A program made the position numbers and the translations under genes. The notes beneath the pieces were generated by a model. The model had not been told where the DNA came from and did not search any database. It was given only the letters and a program-made list of their open reading frames with translations. Positions 40,203 to 51,325 of a stretch of DNA of 64,000 nt are shown here, one piece after another (within the stretch, counting starts at the first letter, position 1; the number at the start of each line of letters is the position of its first letter). The stretch is from positions 103,473,962-103,537,961 of the forward strand of contig NC_068983.1 of the NCBI RefSeq assembly GCF_001194135.2, read 5' to 3'. This DNA comes from Octopus bimaculoides (lineage: Eukaryota).

Positions 40203-41081
40203 TAGTGGTTCCCAACCTTTTCATTATCAAAGACCCCTTTTATTTGAATGAGATTTTCCATGAACTTTTAATATGCTTATCCTTGTGTGTGTGTGCAGAT
40301 AGGCGCAGGAGTGGCTGTGTAGTAAGTAGCTTGCTTACCAACTACATGGTTCCAGGTTCAGTCCCACTGTGTGGCACCTTGGACAAGTGTCTTCTATTAT
40401 AGCCTCAGGCCGACCAAAGCCTTATGAGTNNNNNNNNNNNNNNNNNNNNNNNNNNNNNNNNNNNNNNNNNNNNNNNNNNNNNNNNNNNNNNNNNNNNNNN
40501 NNNNNNNNNNNNNNNNNNNNNNNNNNNNNNNNNNNNNNNNNNNNNNNNNNNNNNNNNNNNNNNNNNNNNNNNNNNNNNNNNNNNNNNNNNNNNNNNNNNN
40601 NNNNNNNNNNNNNNNNNNNNNNNNNNNNNNNNNNNNNNNNNNNNNNNNNNNTTTTCTTCCTCCGCCTTCCCTTCTTTTGGACTTTCCTCTATTTCTGAAG
40701 AAGAGCTTTGCTCGAAACATTAAATCCTCTTTCTTTCCTTTCCTGAGCATAGCATCTGAAAATACGTTACTTGTACCACGTCCTCGTGTTGTTGTTTTTT
40801 CATGTTTGTTCTTCCTTGTTTGGATTCACTATATATGTGTGTGTGTGTGTGTTTGTCCCAACATCGCTTGACAACCGAAACCAATAGAATAAGTACTAGG
40901 CTTACAAAGAATAAGTCCTAGGGTCGATTTTCTCAACTAAAAGTGCTGCTCCAGCATGGCCACAGTCAAATGACTGAAACAAATCAAAGAATATATGAAA
41001 TTTAGAATTTAGCTCACAGACCTCTATTACTAACTTTGTGGACCACCGGAGGTCCTGTGAATCCCAGGTTGAGAACCACTG
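40203..41081. mobile_element. hAT (Charlie-type) MITE interrupted by a family A SINE (~40300-40990) and a gap
   Basis: TIRs TAGTGGTTCCCAACC (40203) and GGTTGAGAACCACTG (41067-41081). Right flank CTCTAGAG fits the NTCTAGAN Charlie target consensus; the left flank retains CTCTAG. Confidence 0.7.
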
Positions 41082-41143
41082 CTCTAGAGTATACATTCAT
41101 GAACATATATATAAGATATGTAAAATAAGTTTCAAACCTTTAA

Positions 41144-41358
41144 CCCTTTAGCATTCAGATTACTCTGTCAAAACTAATACTGATTTACATTATTTTGAAT
41201 TAACCCTGCATCATCTCATAGCTTTCAGATTTTGATGTGGTAACTTGAATTTTTAGAATGATATAATAGGGTTGGTGTGAGAGGCCACATCTAGCCAGTT
41301 TGAACATAAAACAAGTAGAATATTTTGGCCAGATATAGCCAGTTTAAATGCTAAAGGG
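41144..41358. mobile_element. TTAA-flanked piggyBac-like MITE (family 1), best-preserved copy
   Basis: TTAA|CCCTTTAGCATT ... AATGCTAAAGGG|TTAA: perfect 12-bp TIR and TTAA TSD; 215 bp. Confidence 0.88.
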
Positions 41359-43014
41359 TTAAGAAAGAAATATAGTGATAAGCATATGTATAGATTTTCA
41401 AATTTTCAGTAGCCAATCCAAGCCTTGAACTAGATACAGACGGGCTCTCACTACTTCATCAATAACACATGGAGTATAAGTGTGAAAGACACACCATTTC
41501 ACTAAGCTTTATTCATTATGTATTCCACCATACAGCATATTCTGAAAAGGTTCAATATAAAAATCTATATTGTTACTTCAATTCTGAAATAAAAAAATTA
41601 GGTCATTGCTTTAATCCCATTTTTCCTCAGTGTAAACAAGTGCAGAAAAAAAAAAAAATCAACGATTACGGGTGAATAAGTACATACTACAATAAAAAAG
41701 AAAAAAATCCAGAAAGTCAAGAGTGAATGAATACGATTAATATTTTAATAAGCCAAAAGCAATTTCATTCAATTATTTTCAAAGGGATTCATCAAACAAA
41801 AGTTATCAAATTTCTCTGGTCCTTAGAACAAAATACAGTAATAATTTTTTTTCCTGCTACAGTGTTCGAAATCCAGATCCAATGCAATTTAAATAGCCAT
41901 ACTAACCACATATTTTCTATTTATTGAAAACAATAAAATGTGCTGAGTGATAGTTATATATTTTATCTTTTCTTTTACTTGTTTCAGACTGCGATCATGC
42001 TGAGGCACCACCTGGAAGAATTTTTAGGTCGAATGAATTGACCCCAATACATTTTTTTTTTAAGCCTGACACTTATTCTATCGGTCCTTTCTAAGCTATG
42101 GGGATGTAAACATACCAACATCGGTTATCAAGTGGTGGTAGGGGACAAACACACACACACACATTATAAATATATATGTATATACAATGATAATCGCTGA
42201 ATGAAGCAGAAGATGGATTTAGCATTAGTCTCTATTCAGTACGATGATCATTTTGACCCCTCCTACAACTGTCCTTCATTGGTGGGATGTTGTGCATCCA
42301 ATTGTGTTGCATCGATCAGTGCAGTCTGGGTCTCATCAGGTATATGCATACATAAAGAGCTGTCCAGCTAAATATGTTGAGTTCTTACAGTCATGCTGAT
42401 TTGTCATGTGCACGTGCATGCGTGTGTGTGTATGGCGGGCTTCTTTCAGTCTACCAAATCCACTCAAATTAGAATATAGTCTAATAAATAATGTGCCTTT
42501 GCCTTACATTTACAGTTGATTTTAATTAAGTGCCACATATTTCTCCCATTCCCTTTCTGTTGCACACACATACACACAGAGGGCACACCATGTGCTACCA
42601 TTGTTAACTAAAACTACCAAAAGCCAAAGGAGGGAGGACCTGTAAGAAATAGTTGCTAAATATCCCTCAAATCACACCCTACTGTCTTGGGAAAGAAAAG
42701 GACATACTGGATAATTTGGCAAGACATGCAGTCAAGAACAAAATGACAGCTTCCAAATCCTGTTTTCTGATTAGGTAAAGATCTTCAAATTTTAAACCTC
42801 TGTTACTTTTTGTAAAACAAATTCTGAAAAAAGTGAAATCTCTCCTGAGATTCAGTCAGGAAAATTACATCAATACACCAAATTTTTAAATTTTCACTAA
42901 ACTTTAAAATTTCCAAGAATGGGATAATTGCGGTTAGAAAGGTTTTTCATCATGACTGCTCAATTAGAACTGATTCAGGACTGCAAAAAAAAAGACCCCC
43001 CCAGCAAAAAAAAA

Positions 43015-43960
43015 CAAGTATGTCTGCATGGTTAAGAGTTTCATTTTGTAACCACATGGTTTTGGGTTCAGTCCCACTGCACAGCACCTTGGGCAAGTAT
43101 CTTTACTATATAGCCCCTGACTGACCAATTCCTTGCAAGTGAACTTGGTAAATGGAAATTGGATGGAAACCTATTGTTTGTTTGTGTGTATATTTGTATG
43201 TATGTATATCATTATTCAGTTTTATTTCAAGATTTCTTGCCAACAGAGAAAGAGCTGGTTTCTAACCTAGATCCAAATTTCCTTCATTGGAATTTCAACA
43301 ACAATGGGATATTTATGTATGTATATGTGCAGATTTGTATGTATGTATGTATGTATGTATTATAGGGGTGGATGGGTAGGTAAGTGCATGTCATTGTGTT
43401 TGTCCTCCCACCACTTGACAACTGGCATTGGTTTGTGCACATCCCATAACTTAGTAGTTCAGCAAAGGCAACTAATATATTAAGCACCAGGTTTCAAAAA
43501 GAAGTACTGAAGTCAGCTTGTTTGACTAACTCCTTGAAGACAGAGCTCCAGCGTGGCCACAGACCAATGACTAAAACATAGAAGTAGCTGTGTGGTAAGT
43601 AGCTTGCTTACCAACCACATGGTTCCAGGTTCATTCCCACTGCGTGGCACCTTGGGCAAGTGTCTTCTGCTATAGCCTCGGGCCGACCAAAGCCTTGTGA
43701 GTGGATTTGGTAGACGGAAACTGAAAGAAGCCTGTTGTATATGTGTGTGTATATATGTGTGTGTGTGTGTTTGTCCCCCCAACATCGCTTGACAACCGAT
43801 GGTGGTGTGTTTATGTCCCCGTAACTTAGCGGTTCGGCAAAAGAAACCGATAGAATAAGTACTAGGCATACAAAGAATAAGTCCTGGGTCGATTTGCTCG
43901 ACTGAAGGCGGTGCTCCAGCATGGCCACAGTCAAATGACTGAAACAAGTAAAAGAGTAAC
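43015..43960 (+). mobile_element. Two adjacent family A-type SINEs (older copy ~43015-43560 with an internal insert; younger copy ~43580-43960)
   Basis: Both match the family A head, body and tail; they explain ORFs 43513-43947 and 43608-44030. Confidence 0.8.
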
Positions 43961-44530
43961 TAAAAATGAAATAAATCTTTGAAATACAAAAATAAAAAAG
44001 ATGGAAATTGCTTTTGAATGGAGAACCCATTAATGAGAACAGAATTTAGATGTAGCTAAACATCTTCAGCAAGGTTCTCGTGTTACTACCTTTACAACAA
44101 AACACAGAGACCAAAAAAAATCAAACTTGCTAATTTTATCATAAAAGTAGATTGTTTCCATCAAAGTGAGTTTTAATCCAGAATGGACTGATGCATACAT
44201 ATGTAAGTAAGCAGTATAAATGATCTAAAATATTTTCTCAATTACCAACAGCTGTCGGATGAAATGATCTGTGTGTGTGTGTGTGAGAGAGAGGAGGGGG
44301 ACAGAGAGAGAGACAATGGAGGGCAGGGAGATATTAGTTTATGATCTACAACTTAATCTTTAAAGTTAGTTGAATAGGAGAAGAGTTAAGGAAGTAGCCA
44401 AGAATTAAAAGCATGAGATGCTACAATTTGTTGTTTTTGTTGTTTAGCCCCAGGTCTGATCAAGCAGACCTACAATCAAAGAGTTCCACCCATGAACATT
44501 CTGTCTTTTTGCATGCTTACNNNNNNNNNN

Positions 44531-44567
<37 letters not shown>

Positions 44568-44660
44568 GAACTACAACCCCCAATGTGGCCTTCCTTTTTA
44601 TGACAATATGTGATTTGAGAGATGGTTGTTATTTCTAGCAAGTCAAAAAACTACATAGTG

Positions 44661-44916
44661 CAAGGGTCTCTAACCACCAGGCTGCAGACCAGTACAGGAC
44701 CAAAGATAATTTCGTACAGGGCCTCACAGAAAGAATAAATTTCTTTAATTTCATTTCCATTTTATTGACTATCGCAGTCTGCAGGGTGTTTTTGCATTTT
44801 ATATGTATTATATATGTAATAATTAAATTATCTATTATGCACTTTATTGTGTTTTCTTATGCATATGATCTTGCATGAAGCTAGTCCCTAATGCCAAAAA
44901 GGCTGGGAACTGCCGG
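44661..44916. mobile_element. Decayed hAT-type MITE
   Basis: Termini CAAGGGTCTCTAACC and GGCTGGGAACTGCCG resemble Charlie/MER-type TIRs. Confidence 0.4.
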
Positions 44917-45312
44917 CATATAGAACTCACTCATTGGCTCCTGATGCTAGCAATAAAAACAAATGGCAGGACAAATTGATAAGGAGTTGGTAATTCATAT
45001 TTCTTCATTGGCACAGCATTGAAATCAGTTGATGCCCAGCCTGAACAATCACAGATCAATGTCAACAGGGAAGAAATGAAGTCTAGTGTTTGGTCCAGTT
45101 GTTGTTTAAGCCCAGTTCAAATCCAATAGACCTACGTCCAAGGTTTCAAACATGAATATTCCAACTTTCATTCAGACATACTACTACCAGGATTTCATTA
45201 TCAAAGCCATTCTTTCTATCGTCTTTAAGATGATAGGGCGATGTTTGAAGGAGAATTGGTAATTATTTCTAGCTGGTCAAACAATCACATAGAAACTCCT
45301 TCATTGGCTCAC

Positions 45313-45364
45313 CTGACTAAGATTTCATGGTTGGCATACTACACTACATAGAAAAGTGACAGCT
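45313..45364 (-). other. Candidate non-coding exon (52 nt)
   Basis: Acceptor tattcatctattctacag|A and donor CAG|gtgagc; both of its ATG-initiated frames hit TAG within the exon. Confidence 0.3.
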
Positions 45365-46511
45365 CTGTAGAATAGATGAATACTTTGTTGAGAAGATATC
45401 TGGAATAAAGCAACATCCTTATCTATGAGATTTATTTCACACCTGCTTGAGGCTATGGAAGCCAAAGATTATCAGCAGTTCTAAGGAACCTTTCAGATTT
45501 GGAAGAGGATTTTAAACAGAAAAACAGGAAATATTTAGTTTTTTCACATGGACGTGATGGAAATTGAGAATGAAAACTAAATGAGTAGGTGTTGTGAGTT
45601 GGTAGCGAATGGAAACTATTAACGAAAACCATTTGCAAAAAATACAAAAAAACCTTAGAATTAGATGTTTTATGTTAATCTACTACAGATTATAAATACA
45701 AATATCTGAGTTCAAAACCGAGAGAAAGAGAGAGAGAGGGGAAGAGAGAGAGAGAGAGAAAGAGAGAGAAGCACCTGAAAACAATCAAAAATTTTATTGA
45801 CAGAAATGTAATGTAAAGAAAAGCAACAGAAATAAGATATGGCTCTGTGGTGAAGCACAAGCATGACTATATGACTAAAGTAATTCACTTCATGACTACA
45901 TGTTTTGGGGTTCAGTCTCACCACACAGCACCTGAAGCAAATGTCTTCTATTGCTCTGAACCAAAAAAAAATGCCTCGAGTGAATCTGGTAGATGGAAAC
46001 TGTGCAGAATCCCACTGTGTGCACATGTACATGTATAAACACACACACACACACACACATAGAGATATCGGAAAAGAATGGATAATAGCAGTTCAATCTG
46101 TGGTACATATAATTGTTCTTAATCTTATAATGGAATGATAAAGTAGCAGTATTATTAATTGATTAATCAGTTAATTTATCAATGTTTCTTCAGAGTAGAC
46201 TGCTAGCCAATCACATGCTGGAAGTTACTGATAATAACTATGACTGACATGGTGTGTGTGTGTTTGTTTGTTTGTTGGTTCTTTACCACTTGACAACCAG
46301 TACTAGTTTGTTAACATCTTCCTCATAACTCAGTAGTTTGCCAAAAAGAGACCAACTGAATAATTATTGGGCTTAGAAATAAGTACTGAGATTGATATGA
46401 TCAACTATATTTTCAAGGTAGTGCCACAGCATGGCCATAGTCCAAATATATGAAGAGTAGACCATGAAATTATAACAAATGAGATTAAATGAATCTTTAC
46501 TAACTGAAGAA

Positions 46512-46900
46512 GTGGAGGCGCAATGGCCCAGTGTTTAGGGCAGTGGACTCGCGATCATAGGATCGCAATTTCGATTCCCAGATCGGGCGTTGTGAGTGTT
46601 TATTGAGCAAAAACACCTAAAGCTCCACGAGGCTCTAGCAGGGGATGGTGGCGAACCCTGCTGTACTCTTCCACCACAACTTTCTCTCACTCTTACTTCC
46701 TGTTTCTGTTGTGCCTGTAATTCAAAGGGCCAGCCTTGTCACACTGTGTCACGCTGAATATCCCCAAGAACTACGTTAAGGGTACACGTGGCTGTGGAGT
46801 GCTCAGCCACTTGCACGTTAATTTCACAAGCAGGCTGTTCCATTGATCGGATCAACTGGAACACTCGACGTTGTAAGCGACGGAGTGCCAACAACAACGA
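46512..46900 (+). mobile_element. SINE family B with 12-bp TSD
   Basis: ACTAACTGAAGA at 46499-46510 and 46901-46912; (AAC)n tail. Confidence 0.92.
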
Positions 46901-46964
46901 ACTAACTGAAGAGGTTGAAAACTAACAAATATGTAAAGATCTGATGAATATATCAGTGAATGAA

Positions 46965-47175
46965 TGAGGGCGGCAAACTGGCTAAAATCATTAGCAAAAA
47001 AATACTAAGTGGCATTTCGTCCGTCCTTATCTTCTGAGTTCAAATTCTGCTACGATTGACTTTACCTTTCATCCTCTCAGGATCGATAAAATGAGTACCA
47101 GTTGAGCACTGGGGTCGATGTAATCGACTTAGCCCCTCCCACTAAATTGCTGGCCTTGTGCCAAAATTTGAAAAC
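46965..47175 (+). mobile_element. SINE family C copy
   Basis: Matches the copies in 27475-29022. Confidence 0.75.
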
Positions 47176-48126
47176 AATGTATCAGTGAACGCAGAAATAA
47201 TGATGATGGTGGTGATACACTTTAAACGCTGATCACTATCCTACTGTAGACACTTTACCAGCAAATACCACCCAGATGCTTTCTCACAACCAATTAAGTT
47301 ATTGCTACTAATGGTAGAAGGAAATCTATTTTATTATGGCATAGGTACAGCCATGGCTGTATAAGTAAGAAGCTGGCTTTGTAACCACATGGTTTTGAGT
47401 CCAATACCACAATGTGGTACTTCGGTATACTATTATTTCTCCAGGCTGAGTAATACCTTGTGAGTGAATGAGGTGACTGGAAACTGTGTGGAAGCTCAGT
47501 GTGTGTGTATGGTAATTTTCACTTCTTTACAGAAGAAAGCAATCTCTTCAATTAGTAAAAGCCGTCATGACAGCTCATAAGATTAGCTAGTCCAACTAAT
47601 GCAGATGTTACAAACATTTTCAGGCAGAAAAGTATCTGGAATTGAAGTCAAGTCCTGTTTACAAAGTGCTTGTTTCAAGATGGATTGTGCAATTCTTCAG
47701 GTTGTGCTCCAGCATGACCATAGTCCAATGACAGAAAACAAGTAAAAGGTAAACGAAGAGTGCTCAATGACCTCTTTGAAGGCCTTCATGATTGATGGTA
47801 GGAAAGGAAATTATTCTCAAGCTTGACACCTCATCCAAATGCGAGCAACTGACTGGGCAATGCTAAGGGTGACCACAGGTCATGTAGTGGGGGAGATGTT
47901 GGTGCTAAACCAAGAGTTTGGAAACATCACATGCACACACATTTAACATTTGCATCATACCATATCAACAAACAACAAAGAAAATTATAGTTTTCAACCT
48001 GTAAAACAACAACACATCCACACATCTGGAAGGAAGGAACATCATCATTTAATGTCATCATCATCATTTAATGTCCGTTGTCCATGCTGGCATGGGTTGG
48101 ACATTTATATATATAATTCTATCAAA

Positions 48127-48202
48127 TGCCCCCAGTGAGGATCAAACTCATGACCCCTAGTTTACAAGACCAGTGCTCTAACCACTCAGTGAGCTATGAA
48201 AC
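48127..48202 (-). pseudogene. tRNA-Thr(UGU)-derived pseudogene
   Basis: Reverse complement GTTTCATAGCTCACTGAGTGGTTAGAGCACTGGTCTTGTAAACTAGGGGTCATGAGTTTGATCCTCACTGGGGGCA closely follows eukaryotic tRNA-Thr(TGT). It has a 4-nt D-arm duplication, CpG-type decay in the T-arm and a broken acceptor stem. Confidence 0.75.
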
Positions 48203-49400
48203 ACACTGTGAATATTATCAAAGGAGATTGGAATGTAAGAATGCATAACTGAAGACAAGTAGAAGGCTGAAATTTCTGCAGTAATAAAATACACTAAAAG
48301 GAAACAGGATAATGATAATGATAATAACACTGCTAATGATGATGAGGATGATGATGAATATAAAGATTATATTCCAATTTGTAAACAAGCCCGTCGTATG
48401 TATGTGTGAGGGTGTGTGTGTTTGTATGTCTGTGTATATGTGTCTGAGTATGTATGTAATATGTTTGTGTGTCTGTGTTCCCCAAACATCGCTCGGCAAC
48501 TGATGCTGGTGTGTTTACACCCCTGTAACTTAGTGGTTCGGCAAAAATGACCAATAGAATAAGTATTAGGCTTACAAAGAATAAGTCCTGGGGTCAATTT
48601 GCTCAACTAAAGGCGGTGCTCCAGCATGGCTGCAGTCAAATGACTGAAACAGGTGAAAGAATAAAAGAAAAAAGAATAACAGCAAATTTCACAATTTACT
48701 TTGTTGCAAAAAGTTTTAACCATCTGCAAAATTCTTACTATTTAGTGTGTGTGTGTGTGTGGGGTATATGTGTATACATGAATATATATGTGTGTGTGTG
48801 GGNNNNNNNNNNGGGGTATATGTGTATACATGAATATATATGTATGTGTGTGTGTGGGTGGGTGGGTGTGTGTGTGTATTCAATATATACCAGAGTTTTG
48901 GCTTATAAGAATAAAGACTGGAGTATCAAGTTACAGGTTAGTCCAGGTTTGAACTCCCTTTAATATAACAAACACTTTCACCTTTTTTCTGTTCATTCAA
49001 TGTTATACCACATACTCATCCCCAAACCTCTCTCTCTGTGATGCAACAATTATAAATCATAAAGTAAAAAAAAAAAACAAATAAACCAAATGTATTAAGT
49101 TTAGATTAAGAAAAAGCACATGGAAAAGTCCTTTATATTTTATAAGGAAAGAGACAAACATATCTCAATTATATGGTCACCGCATGCTTAAGTATATATC
49201 CATAAACTTTGCATTTAATCTGAATATAATCACAACTTATGAACAAGATCACCAAGGACCAAGACAGAATAACTCAGTAAGCTAGTCAAGTGACCAATAA
49301 AATTATACACATATATGCACATATATATCTATATGTATACACACATATAAAATTATATGTACATACACACGCACACACATATATACATATAATATAAATA

Positions 49401-49438
<38 letters not shown>

Positions 49439-49442
49439 GCAC

Positions 49443-50506
49443 ATTGTTGTTGGCATCCTTTTGTCTCGGGAATCAAGGGAGTTGCGCATTAAATAATGCA
49501 GTCTGGCTTTTACATTTCATGTCATTTACATCTCTTGTTGTGGCTGTATAGTCTATCCTGGACAAACACTCCCTCTGGCAGATGTAGCGAAGACTTTGCC
49601 TGGCTGGTTGTAATGTCATAGTTTCTTGTTGTCATCTTTTCCTGTCTTTCCATTTCTCCTCTTTCCCCTCTGTCACTCCTTTGTGTTCCCTCTTCTATGG
49701 TGCGTCACCAATCACCACAGTTGCTGGCAACCGCTTTCCAGTTGCTAATATTGATGTCGCAGGCCTTCATGTCCCTTTTGCAGGCATCCTTGTACCGTAA
49801 GAACAGTCTTCTAACAGACCTAGTGCCCCTAGCAAACTCTCCGTAGAGTATGTCCTTGGGAATTCTGCCATCTTCCATACGACTAACATGTCCAAGCCAT
49901 CTCATACATCTTTGTGTGAGGAGTGCAAACATGCTTGATATTCCTGCTTGCTTGAGGACATCTTTGTTGGGGACACAATCCTGCCATTTGATGCCAAGGA
50001 TTTTCTGGAGGCAGTGCCGGTGAAAGATATTTAGGATATGCTCTTGGCGTGTGTATGGCGTCTAGGTTTCACTGACATATAGTACAGTGCTAAGTACACA
50101 TGCCTGGTAGACCTTCATTTTTGTGGTCTTGACCAGCTTGTTGCTGTCCCATGCCCATTTGGAGAGTTGAGCCATCACAGCAGCTGCCCTGCCAAACGGT
50201 ATGTTGACTTCAGCATCAAGGGATGGGTTGTAGGTGACGGTAGAGCCAAGATAGGTAAATTTCTCCACCTCCTGTAGTCTGTATGTAGACCAATATCTAT
50301 GTCGTCCAATATGTATGTTTGGGATGTCCAATGTAGCCTGACCCATGATGTTGGTGTTCTTGAGGCTGATAACTAAGCCAAAGTCACTACATGCTTGCTC
50401 AAAGCAGTTGATGAGCCTTTGCAGAGTTTCTTCGGAGTGTAATATCAGAGCAGCAGCATCAGCGAAGAGCATCTCCTTGATCAGGACACTTCTGATTTTG
50501 GTCTTG
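49443..50506 (-). mobile_element. 5'-truncated RTE-clade LINE (RT C-terminus, Cys/His tail motif, 3' UTR ending GGATGCC(AAC)n)
   Basis: [65 protein letters not shown] (50062-50475); RWLGHVSRMEDGRIPKDILYGE (49705-49932); CQRECLSRI/LYSHNKRC near 49560. Confidence 0.92.
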
Positions 50507-50569
50507 GCACACAAGACCAAAATCAAAAGTGTCTTGATCAAGGAAGATGCTCTTCGCTGGTGATATGCA

Positions 50570-50601
50570 CACACACACACATATATATATATATATACAA
50601 T

Positions 50602-50695
<94 letters not shown>

Positions 50696-50700
50696 TACAT
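50570..50700. repeat. (TA)n/(CA)n microsatellite abutting the RTE 5' end
   Basis: Directly visible. Confidence 0.95.
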
Positions 50701-51190
50701 ATGCATATATGGGTACAGGACGTCACCAAGTTAACAACACGAAATACGAAAACAAATGAGTTCAACATGCAAGCAACGAGAGAAACAAATGGAAAACAGG
50801 ACAAGTAACACATATATATACAGACAGCTACACATAAACATTCATACATGTGTAAATATTCACACACATACACATGTGTGTGTATACACACGTGTGTATG
50901 TATGTATAGATAGATAGATAAACAGACAGACAGACAGATTGTCAATTGGCAAAGTTGTTAGAGCAGCAGATAGATTGAAAAGGGTATAATTGATTAAATC
51001 AACAAAATTTGAAAGTTACTTCATTTTATTGGCCCCAGAAGGATGATAGGCAAAATTAGCTTTGTCAGAACATAAGAGTAGCAACTAAATATCACAAAAT
51101 TATGCTCGAACAATTCTGCCAAAAGAGACAAATTGGTAAAATTTAAATTGAATAATAAACTGTTCTTAAGCAATCAGTTTGGATACTTAC

Positions 51191-51325
51191 CTGGTCGTAG
51201 AGTTCTATTCTTTATAATGTACTAATTGTATATGGTAGTCCTTATATGACAAGCTTTCCAGCGTTCTGGTCCCATGTAAGATATAGATACATCCAAAAAT
51301 GTCTTCAATCCAACAAGACAATGAA
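51191..51325 (-). other. Candidate internal non-coding (5' UTR or lncRNA) exon, 135 nt
   Basis: Acceptor atcttcatttccttttattacag|T. Donor CCAG|GTAAGTAT is fully complementary to the U1 5' end (plus strand reads ATACTTACCTGG). Unique sequence; all three frames contain stops. Confidence 0.5.

Noticed and set aside
42708-42823. Minus-strand exon candidate ICFTKSNRGLKFEDLYLIRKQDLEAV...
   Set aside because: The acceptor is strong but the only good donor lies inside a repeat; kept only as a possible acceptor.
51183-51194. ATACTTACCTGG, identical to the 5' end of U1 snRNA
   Set aside because: Similarity ends after 12 nt; it is the reverse complement of a consensus 5' splice site, not a U1 gene.
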